A stretch of 64,000 bases of DNA from assembly GCA_030141605.1 (NCBI GenBank), contig JAQGDQ010000439.1, forward strand, positions 62,001 to 126,000, given 5' to 3'. A program made the translations under genes and the position numbers. Every line of letters starts with the position of its first letter. Position 1 is the stretch's first letter. Shown here piece by piece: positions 41,701-53,700 of the stretch. The DNA is from Tubiluchus corallicola. Lineage: Eukaryota > Animalia > Priapulida. The notes beneath the pieces are model-generated. The model was given only the letters and a program-made list of their open reading frames with translations, had not been told where the DNA came from and made no database searches.

Positions 41701-44700
41701 ATGTAATTGCCAAATAAGACGTTACAATTACACCATTTCATTTCTCTAGATATGTAATTGTACAGTATAAACAAGACTTTGCTACATCATTTTACCCAAA
41801 AAGTATTTTGAAACCATCAATGTCACATGATAAATAATCTTTTATCTTACGCAAATATCTTATGTCTGATCTTATTTATGTTGTTAAAACAATGGCTCTA
41901 CAACAACATGTTAAGACTCTATAGTAGCTGGTGTAGGTGTTTTAATTGCAATTTGTCTGGAATAAATCGAGAAACTGGATTGCAAATGGTATAACTTCTT
42001 CTCATTCACAGCATGGAGGTCTTTTTAAATAATTTTTCTTTTTCTAAGAGTGTCTGTATATTTATTCTGAGATTGCAAGTAGTTGCAGACACCAGTTTTT
42101 TTCTTTAGCCTTTTTTGTGTTTATATGTACAAAATCTGACTTGGGTTTAAAAAACGTGCAATACACGGGTCTCTTAGAAGACAAAATTATGATTAGAAAT
42201 AAAAAAAGACAGCAGGCTGCAAATTTTAAATTAGTCCATAATAGGTTGTGTTTAGTTGATCTTGATAACGTTCTTAATTCTAAAAGGCACATGTAAACAG
42301 TTTTTCTTTTTGTGTCTTTCCAATACTCAAAAATTTTACACATTTTAATGTAATTTTTTATTTTGTTGTAAATTCTAGTGTTGTATTGTTATATGTTTGT
42401 ACACTGCATGCAATTTTTAATTGAGTGTTAATAAATTAAATTAATTAAAACTATGCTAGAGCTTCTCTATATGTTCAGCTTTTACATAGTTCTTTCTGTA
42501 ATTTTATAAACAAACTACATTATTTTCATAAAAACTTCTGAAATTAAAATTTTTTTCTTGTTCATTTTATTGAGTTAGCTGAATTGAGAAATTAATCGTC
42601 AATGAGAAGAGACTAAATCAACATTCTGGAAAGAGTTTACAAATCCTTACACATGCAATTTAAGTACCCTAACCCTGACCGTAGCCTTAACCCCAACCCT
42701 AACCCTCTCCCCAACCCTAATCCTAATCCGCTTCAAGAACTAATTTCTTGTATGTAGGAATTGTAAACTTTAACCATATAATAGTTCTCAAGAATGGTGT
42801 TGCAGCTGTAGTAGTCATTGCTGTTACATCTATCTATTTATCTATAAAGTTAATTACTAGACAAAATTGATGTATTACATTCTGGATACAATCTCACACT
42901 CCTTTTAATCAAAGTGCTTTTTAAAGAAATGCGATAATTTCTTTATTACAGTAATAGCTCAGTTAGTTGTGAGCGGTTACACATGAGAGATTGCAGGCTC
43001 AACTTTGCAGCTTGGTAGTTTAAAGCTGCTTTTGTTGATTGCGTAATAAACTGTCTAACTGATGGTGGCTTAAGTGACACATAAAACATTTCAGGTTATC
43101 ATTTTCTGAAAATAACACGTCGGAAGGTTTAAATTAAAATATAAATAATCACATCCGACTCAAATCACATTAACTTCAGTTTGCAACTTTTTCTAATAGT
43201 AATTTATTAGCATGTGTGTTTTATTTCAGTTGTATAAACCTCTCAATATATTTATTGTATTGGTTGGAGTTGAAGTTTGGACGGATGAAGACAAAATTGA
43301 ATTAAGTAATGACGGAGATGAAACCCTGGCTCGCTTTCTTAAATACCGCAGAGAACATATCACACCAGATCATCCAAATGACAATACACAACTTATCAGG
43401 TAATTCTTCACGAGTATTCCGTATGGTGGAATACAATAAGGTTACAAAGTTTGTACATTTCAAAGTTTGAAACCCATTTTTGACAACCCACGGAAAAGGC
43501 AATCAATGTATAATGCTTACAAATGGTCATTTGTTTTATAGTGGATATTCAGTTTTTACAAATGGAGTTGTTGGAAAGGCTTACAAAGGTTTAATGTGCA
43601 GCTTTCAGTTTTCTGCTGGTGTGATCGCAGTAAGTATCTGTTATGTAACTTTGTTCATTTGGCTATAGCTTTCTAAGTTACAGCCATTAATAACCATGCT
43701 TTATAGGTGAATAATTTGTTAAAAACTAACAAAACAAGCATTTCTTGCAGATAAAGTTATGGCATTAAACATTAATTGATCGGTTCCTGCTTTATTGGAT
43801 GTAATCTTACTTGCTTTTGTAACATTTTACTTAAACATATTGATGTGTAAAATGTGTATGAAAGGTTCTAAAAGGCTTTGTCCATACCAGTTTTACAAAC
43901 CTATAGTGCAGCTATATTTCTTTGTGTAAGCACTTTCAGCTTACAAAGGTTGAATAATTTATAATAAATGGTTTTTGGCATTTTTTTAATATTGAAAAGA
44001 ATGCTTATGTATTTGTTCACATGTTTTATACTGTGTAATATTAGTGATTAGTGTGGTGTTTTGGCATAATCCTAAATATTAAACGTCAAATACATTGACA
44101 AAAAAAGCAACGTAATATTGATTTTTCACTATCTGTACATCTGTCTGTTCCTTGTCTAGGATCATAGCAAGCAGGTTATGCCAGTAGCTAGTACAGTAGC
44201 ACATGAGATGGGACATAACTTTGGTATGGAACACGATACAGAAGAATGTCAGTGTAATGCAAAGAAATGCATCATGCATTCTGCCTCATCTGGGTAAGAG
44301 TGATTCTTCCTGTACAGTTACAGCTGCAGTACTGATTATATAGGGTGTCCCAGAAAAAACAGTGCAGTACAAGTATGGCGGTGATGCGCTGAAATATGCT
44401 GATCAAATCACATTGAAATAGTGTTGGGAATCGGTCTTATTTTCATTGACCTTCAACTACGATCGATGATCGACTAATAATCAATCGTAATATTTTGTAG
44501 GGTTATGTCAGTGTAAAATATTATATTAGAACATTAACTGCCTGTTGTTTCACTCCTGCGCCTCAATGCGGGAAATCAAGTAAGGACGTCACAAAGTGGC
44601 AAGTGCTGCACATAGATATCCCATATTGAACCTTGCTATAAGCTGCGCTGCTTCAGCATTGATCATCGCAATTTCTTTTGCGATGTAAACTGTTCTATTT

Positions 44701-47700
44701 GTATAAGTTCTCGTGTATATTCATTCAGATATTTTACTAAAGACATGTGTTACTATTATTGCTGCAATTAAATGGCAGAAGCGGGTGGCAAAGTATGCGA
44801 AATCTTACATTCATTGTATTAAACAATCATCGATTATGTTAATTTATGATCAAGCGCTTCACAGCCGACTGACTTTCGATAAAATCGATTAATCGAAATA
44901 GCATTACAATGAAATGCAGTTGAGCATTGAGTCACTTAGTAAAAGATTATATTACAATAACTACTGGAAGAGTGCACAGTTAATTTGCAGACAGGAACGG
45001 GATTGTCACTGTATGTTATGAAAGGCACATTTAAGTGGATCAGGTTTGATGCTTTGAATAACACCTTTATTTTAACCAAGATAAACCTGGATTTCTGCAT
45101 TGTGACATCGTAATTATATAAATACAGTGTTATATTTGCGTAACTCCACTTTTCGTACCACATAACTGGTTTTTGCAAACTGCAATACATAACTGGTTTT
45201 TGCAAACTGCAATATATATATTGCAGTTTGCAAAAACCAGTTATGTGGTACGAAAAGTGGAGTTACGCAAATATAACACTGTATTTATATAATTACGATG
45301 TCACAATGCAGAAATCCAGGTTTATCTTGGTTAAAATATATATACATATACATATATCGGCCCATTTCTTCTGCACTGTTTCTTCTGAAATGCCCTGTAC
45401 TACCATATTTTTTGGTGTAACGCTTTTTAATGAAGCATAATAATGTAAATGTTAGCCATTTTATGTAGAGCAGCTATAATATAATAAAGATGTTGAAGGT
45501 TAAAAGCTACATTTCGAATAAACTTTTTTAAGTTTTTGGCAAATTAATTATTAACAATGAATTAATTATTTTGCATAAATGTGCTATATTTTCAAATTGT
45601 AGTAGAATATGTTACTAAGAGTCCAAAAGCTTAACCTTTGCTTAATGGCACTGGCGTACGAAAACAATTATTTTTACTTTTTTCCCTTTATTTAAACACT
45701 AGCAGCTACCTTTAGGTTTTAGGTTATGTGTTTATTGCACGCAGGTGTAATAATTATGTTCTTTTGTGTAATAAGTAATTACAGTATTACTTTAGACAAC
45801 AGTTTGCCATTTTTTAATTTAAATGTCCATTTGTTTGTAGTTGTACTCGCCAGTAGCAACCCTACAGCAAGTATTTATTTATGTGTTGCGTGCAAAACAC
45901 CGGCCAGAGGTTTACGCTTTGATTATTGCTTTATTATAATGACTACAAAGTGTCACCTTTATTTTTCAGGGACTTTTTTAGTCCAGATACCTGGTCCGAC
46001 TGTTCTGTGGCGAATCTTCGTTTGTTCTTGAAGAGAGGAATAGATTGGTGTCTCCACGACAAGCCAGACATGGTATTCAAAGGTCCAATGTGCGGTGATG
46101 GCTTCGTTGATGGTGATGAAGCTTGTGACTGTGGACCAGAAGAGGTGAGTAGAGGGTGTGTGAAGCAGTCATGTGAGATCGGTTCTTGATATCCAAATGT
46201 CTACAATTACTGCGCCAAGCTAGAAGATTATATCTCTGTATCTGATACATTTATAATTCAGTGTCTAACTGCTACTGTAAATGCCCAAGCAGTTAGAAAA
46301 CTCCATTCAAGTACTGTTATGCAACCCTCATCCAACAGCAACTTTTCATAATCATGAAAATGTTGGCAACCTGGTGTTATTACAGGAAAACTTCGTTGGT
46401 GACTGAACCTATGTCACGTGTTTGTCCGCTTTACTGCATTATATGCAATAAGTGCTGTAGTGAGTGCACACATGAAAAAAATCAGCATCATTTTCAGCAG
46501 TGACAATTTTTCGTATCTTGTAGTTTTTACAGCTGATTATTAATAAAAAATTCCGCAATTAAAACAAAGAAAAACATGACATTTCAAACTTCGTGCTTTT
46601 TCTTGTTTTAGTTGTGAAATTTTTTTACTAATTATTACTGTTCTTTTAGTAAAAATGGAATTTGTATTTTTATGGCTGTTTGTTGTTTCAGCTCTGTGAT
46701 AGTCCTTGCTGTGATCCGAAGACTTGTCAGCTGTTTGCTAATGCTACGTGTGGAACTGGTGCTTGCTGTGATCTGAATACTTGTAAGGTGGGTAGTGATC
46801 TGTCTTTGATGAGTCTAAGTTATAACTATTGCTCAGAGTCAATGCTGTTTACGTACTGGAGTGAAAAGCACTACAAATGCATTCGAATATCAATAATAAC
46901 ATTTCATTAGCCTGACTTCCTAGATTGCTCATTGGCTTTACGCAGTTAAAGAGCACAGTAAGATCAAAGAATTAAAAACGTGTTATGCTGCACAAATCAA
47001 ATTAATGCTGCTACAAAAACAATTAAAATTTACAGATTACAAGTTACTAAAAGGTTGTGAAAATAAAAGTGTTTTTATCTGAGCTTTAAAACAAGGAAGT
47101 GCATGGATAGTGTACTGAGTTACATGCGTGCCCATAAGAGTATGAGGAGGAAACTGGTTTGTCTTTTTTTGTATTCAGGGAAAACATTAGCTATAAACTA
47201 ATATTTGAAGATCCCACATGAAGTGGCAGCACTCATTTATATGAAAACAGCAAATTCTTCCATCTTGTTGTACTTGTATTGTTGTTGTAGAATCTTTATA
47301 CAGGTGGTAGCACTAAAGTGAACCAAATTTTGGCTGATAAGGGGTTAAGTGAACTGTGTCTTAACTATAATTCTCGGGTGGCATGTGTGTAAAGCAAAGC
47401 CGTCTGCTACTTCAGTTCAGTAACTTCATTTGTTCTACGTGGCCTTTACTTAATTATGCATTAGTCTGTGCGTAGAGTGATTTATTAGCAGGATCTTGCT
47501 TGGGAACAAGAAAAATGAACTAGCTGTTAAAACTGTTACTATTACAATAGCATGGGATGCGAGGCATTGTCAAGTGTACATAAATACTTTGTCTGGTACA
47601 CTTAACCTTTGACCTTTTCACGATCATCATCAGTCGCTGGAACTGTGAAAAGGATTAATACAAGTGCAGTCATTCATGTGCTGAACTTTTCCTTGTAATG

Positions 47701-50700
47701 ATAAAAGCTATGCATTAGTCAAGTTTTGAAACTTAAAAAGAAAAGTGTAGAATAAAATCTGAAATTTCAAATTTGACAATTTTGAAAATTATTTACAGTT
47801 TTTCTGTAATGTGCATGATCAATCTCTAAATGAATATTTTTTTAGTTTTTTTAAAGAAATTTTTTTGTTGTATCAGTTTTTATCATACAAACAACAGTTG
47901 CACTTTGAAAACGTTTGTGAGTTGTAGCGCCTAATTTGCAATTTTGAGAACAAAACTTGCTCATATCAGAACTAGGAAATAATTGCATTGAAGTTGCTTA
48001 TATAAAATTCTCGTTTAAAACATATTCTGCCTTTGTGAATCACACAGTGCCTATGATGGCTTATTATTTATAACAATATATATCTTATAATTTTTATTTA
48101 ATTTTTAAAACAACAGTGATATTACTAGAGTTTGTTAACCTATAAATATTTTTCATCTATTTAGCAAGAACGATGTCCTTACATTTTGTTAAACTGTTTA
48201 CATTGCCATCTGTTTTAGTTGAAATCAAAGTCTGTGGAGTGCAGACCCAGTAATGATGAATGTGATTTGCCTGAATTCTGCACTGGAGAATCAGAATTTT
48301 GCCCGCTGAATGTGTGGAAACAGGATGCTGCTCCTTGTTCTGATGGCAAGGTATGTTGTTTTGTAGTGTCCCTGAAACTAACATTCAGGTACTGTTCCCA
48401 AAACTGAAATTCGGGTAGTGTCCCAAAACTGACATTTCGATAGTGTCCCCAAAACTGACATTCAGGTAGCGTCCCTAAAGCTGACATTCAGGTAATGTCC
48501 TCAAAACTGACATTCACGTAGCGTCCCTAAAGCTGACATTCAGGTAATGTCCCCAAAACTGACATTCACGTAGCGTCCCTAAAGCTGACATTCAGGTAAT
48601 GTCCTCAAAACTGACATTCACGTAGCGTCCCTAAAGCTGACATTCAGGTAATGTCCTCAAAACTGACATTCACGTAGCGTCCCTAAAGCTGACATTCAGT
48701 AGCTTGATTAATAATAATAGAAGTTTGCGCTATAATTAAATGCAGTACTTACATCTGTAGTATGTCGTGCATTTCTAGTTCATTTGTTACCAGATATTTT
48801 TTTATTTTGATCTTTTTTTGTATTTTTTTCATTAGTTTCCAATACTTTTGTGTTAATCTTAGTAACTGTTTTTTGTGTCGTAAATGCAGAATTTTAGTAA
48901 ACCTGACTTAAATGTATTATTTTATTTGAATAAAAAACGTGAATAATAAGTAGCTAAACATCACTACACTAGTGGAGTTTAACTGAATATTGTTTAATGA
49001 AGTGCTGGCGATGAAGATCATGAGATGTTGTGTTTGTGAAACAATTCCTACATAGTAAACAGGTTTGTTAGGGGAGTAACTTCACCATTCCTTGAATGTC
49101 TAATTCCTGGCAATTTTGGCAGTGGTCAGTTTTAGCAGTAGATCAGTGTCGTTGCAAATGTTTTTGTATTCATCTCCTGTTTAACAGCCTTTTACATGCT
49201 TTATGATCGGAATTGATTTTCTCAGTTTTCTTGGATGCAAGTGGTTGATTAATGAAAAGCTTCATGTTCTAATCATTCTAGTGCATTTTCTGTTATCTAG
49301 TTTTTTATGTTGAGTCATCTCAGATGAGGTCAATGACCCTCAAGATAAGGTGCTCTTTGCTAGAATTGTTTAATCGAATTTTTTTCAGCTTTAGCTTTCT
49401 TTTGTATATCCTATTCAATGTGCTAGGCTTCTTTGTCATAGATTAATAACAGTATTATGTTTAAATAAATTGTTTCAGGGCCATTGTTATGGTGGAAAAT
49501 GTGGTTCAGAAGATTTGCAGTGCAAACTGCTATGGGGACAGACAGCCCGAGTGGCACATCCTAGTTGTTATAACTATAATAGGAGAGGATCAACCACGGG
49601 AAATTGTGGCTTTAATGCACTAGAGAACAAATATGTTGCTTGTTCTAAAGCGTATGTTTACCTTGTTAAGTACCAGTCATGAATAGTGATTACTTTTTGC
49701 ACTGCTTGCACATTGCCATTGAACTACGAATTTCACGTTATTGTTATTGTCGTCACTGTCGTTATCTTGATCAACAGATTTTGAAAAACAACTTGAACTT
49801 ATAGAAAATTTAGCAAGTTTAGCATGGTCATGTTTCCTTGAAAAAGCACATTTTTTGTGAGCAAATTACTTCCTTAGGGTACTTGTTAAAGCCATCTTTG
49901 CAGTTTTGTCGATTTGCATAAATAGAGTTGAATTATTTTTTGAAAAGTGTAAGGTATATTTTAGCCAAGCTGTGAAGTAACATTTGAGTTATGATGTTAA
50001 CGTAATTAAAATGGGTGATCTACATGGAAATGCGAGTACATGGCTGTTATATAAGAGGTATCCCACTGGAATATGCCAAATTAACGCCAAGATAAAAAAT
50101 ATTTCTAGTCATGATCGAGGTCATTGTGAAAACTTACCTAGTGATTTCCTACATCTGTCCAGGATAAGTAGCTACAAAATGTCAGAAATACTCTTTCGGT
50201 GGTAGATAAGTTTATTTATTTCATACAATGAAAACACCTCATAGAGTTTTCTTGTAATGAACTAAAAGTTGCCTGCTTGATTTTTAAACACCAGTAACAT
50301 AAGTGATAAGTAAGAAATTATTGAGAGAACTGATACTTGCTTAGTGTTCCTGTGTTACTTTTATTTTAACTTACAGACTAAAGCTTTTTTAAATTTAATA
50401 GAGTTTTGCATTTTCCAGGAATGTACGTTGTGGCAGACTTCAATGTCTTCCTCTCAGTACTAAACCAGAGTTTGGAATAGACTCTGGAACAATCCAGGGT
50501 CGACATGCTGTTGGGACGATAGATGCTGGTCTTCAGTCGTGTCACACTTTACAAATAGATATGGGAGTGAGTGTACTAGATCCCGGTATGGTTCCAAATG
50601 GTGCTATTTGTGAAACAGGAAAGGTGAGATGGGCTTATGTAGGTGATAAATGAATGTGTGATGGACAGAATTTGTCTAGTATTTGCAAAACTTTCATTTT

Positions 50701-53700
50701 TATATGTAAAATCTTAATTACAGTTTAAAGATTGTTGATTAATGATGAAATTTAATATTTGAAATGCCAAACGTGACTGAAAGGAAGAAAGTCTGAAAAA
50801 ATTGGGTCTATTCATGGATTTGAACCATGAACTTTAGATATAAATCTAGCACTATGGCCAAAGTGATTAAAAGCAACTGTGTGGTTTAGTTGTCACGACA
50901 TTAGATTTGCAATCCAAAGGTTTCTGGTTGAAATTCAAGTTCAGTCCATTTGTCCCAGGCTTCTTTTCAGTCAAGTTTGATTTTGTGGAAATTCAATAAT
51001 TTGGGTTAATTCAGTCATGAGAAAATGCTGTTTTTCTATGGCCGTTTTATTTGGTTTGTAAACTACGTCATGTTTACCAGCACATGTAATCAAGCTCAAA
51101 GCCGATTTTCCTGGGTAGGTCCACATGGTTGGTAATAATATTTTGTATGAAAAGTAAAACTGTGGATAAGTTTCGCTAAGTTCACATCTAAATAAAAGTG
51201 CATACACACATAAAATAAAATTAACTTACTTTTGCTAGATACACAGTTAATGCTTATAGAATTATGTTGAAACTTTTTACGTTCTTGTGTGTTTTCGTTT
51301 AGCTTTGCGTCGATCAAGTATGCAGGCCATTGTCTGAGGTTTTTGACAAGACTTGTCAAGAAACTTGCCATGGTCAAGGGGTAGGTGAAATTTCAGCCAG
51401 TCTGTTGCTGGCACTTGAGATTCAAATTTGCTAAATTGTATAAACTCAGCAAGTTTAATCTATAACAATGTTTTTTGTACAATAATGCCTGACAGACTTC
51501 TTAATACATTGCTTTCACTGTAACTTGCAGTTAAATGATAATACTTTATAGGTTAATTACAAAAATAAATAATCGCTACTAATGGCCTAATTTAACGTGG
51601 CAACAATGTCTACAAATTTATAGTTAAAATACCGCAACTTTATTAAAACGTTTAATTTACATAATTAAAAATCATTTCAAATGTTTCGACAGAGCTACTG
51701 CTGTCATCACCAGTGGTAAATTTTTACAAACATACAACCAGTTCATATAGGCTGTATGTTTGTAAAAATTTACTACTGATGATGAAAGCAGTAGCTCTGA
51801 CGAAATGTTTGACCTGATTTTTAACTATGTAAATTAAAAGTTTTTATAAAGTTGTGGTGTTTTTACTATACATGTTTTTAAGTGCCTGTAATAAAAACTT
51901 GTCGATAAATTTATTTTCAGGTTTGCAATAACATCGGAAATTGTCATTGTAATTTTGGGTATGCACCCCCTTACTGCACTCGGCCTGGAGCTGGTGGTAG
52001 CCAAGACAGCGGTCCTCCACTTATAATCAAAGGTAAAAAGTTATGTATATTGATCAATATTTTTGAACAACATTCTACATCTTGATTGATGAGTGGAGAT
52101 CTCTACTGCAAATCCTAAAACCTGTGAATTACATTTAAAGGAAAACTGCACCAAATCTTAAATTATAGTTGAAATCTATCCAATACATTGCACGAAAAAC
52201 AGGTGGTTCAGTTGTGATGTGGTGCACACTTTCGAGAACTCATGTGTGAGCACCACGGTAAATTTAAATTTAAATTTTTAAACTTAAAATTTTCAGAGAT
52301 TTGTGTATCACACACAATGTTGTACAGTAGCATTGTGCTTCAGTTTTCACTTTTGCAAACATTTACAACATGCCCATGGAATGCTTGTGCTATTGAAAAT
52401 TATGTTCAGTTATGACGTCATCACTAGCTGAACTCGTTCGCCATTAATAAAGGTTTTACCTATTATTTAATTATTAGAAACGCTTACTGTTCTAGGAATA
52501 TCGTTATCGTATCGAATTTTTTACTCGTTGCTTATTGCTTACCTTCATAAAATCGTTTCACTTTTTTTTATTCTATTTATTTACAATAATTAAGCAAAGA
52601 AGTGAATAAAAACTTATTTAAAATTATGAGTTTGTGTGCACTGAATCATTTTCTTGTACTTTTGCCTCGCAATAAAGGCTATCTTCATTCTGAAACATAC
52701 GAAAAAGGTATAGACAACCCCCTTTATACACTTTATACACTTTGCTGTTGTGAAATACACTTTCCCAGTCACGTGCAGCTGCCATACATAAATATGTTTA
52801 TTGCAGTAACATGTTTATCTGTTGCAGCTTACTTATTTATGAATCATTATGACAAACATACATATGTACCTAACTAGCAGCCATTTAAATACACAGCACT
52901 GAATGCACTGACGCACTTGATAATTTTAATTGTTAATGATACTTTTTCTATTGCTGCAAAATTGTGTAGTATCGTTTTTATTTTTCGAAATAATTTATCG
53001 CATTGTATCATCTAAAAAATAGTTAATCGTTATTGTATAATTAGAAAAAAGTATCGTATTGTATCGTTATGGTATTTATCAAATTTTCATCGTTTAATAT
53101 CCCTACGCACACTTAGGGAGTTTTTATTGTGCTTGTAAAAGTTTATGCCTGTCTCACATTTCTTACACATTCTTATGGTTACTCTGATGGTGTGATGCCA
53201 AGTATCAAACCCGAACAGCAAATGACAAAATTAAGGCTGATGCAAAGTACTCTGACACTGCACCAATTTGGTTTAGCTTTGCTAAATAGTCCATGTACCA
53301 TCTTCATGTTAGTGATTTTGCACTGGGTGGTCAAATGTATTACCACCTTAGTTTTTATTACAGGCAGAATTAAATTTTCTGATGGTTATTTTTTCTTTGT
53401 TAGGCAAAAACAACTATCTTTTTGCCATGTTGGCATTGTTTCTGCTCGTTGTACCAATTATTGGAATCACATTGGTGTTGCTGTGTGTCAAAACGAATGT
53501 TTTCAAAGCTTGTCTTAACTTGTCAGCTGTAAAGACCGTAGAGTAAGTACTTTCTTAAAAAATAAGTGTTATATACCTGTGCTAAATGTTCTTTATGTTC
53601 TTCTGAAGTTTCTTGTTATCAAATGATGTTTGTCGCACTTTAGACATAGTCAAATCTCGTTATAATGCCCCCATTTATAATGCGAACTTCTCTTGATGCA

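Noticed and set aside
44936-45440. Two opposite-strand ORFs with near-identical peptides as duplicated genes
   Set aside because: They are a by-product of the palindrome inside an intron.
48363-48699. Alternating 26-bp units as repeat-spacer CRISPR, and ORF 48215-48487 as a gene
   Set aside because: The alternating units are variants of one monomer, and the ORF is only the antisense translation of the repeat and the adjacent exon.
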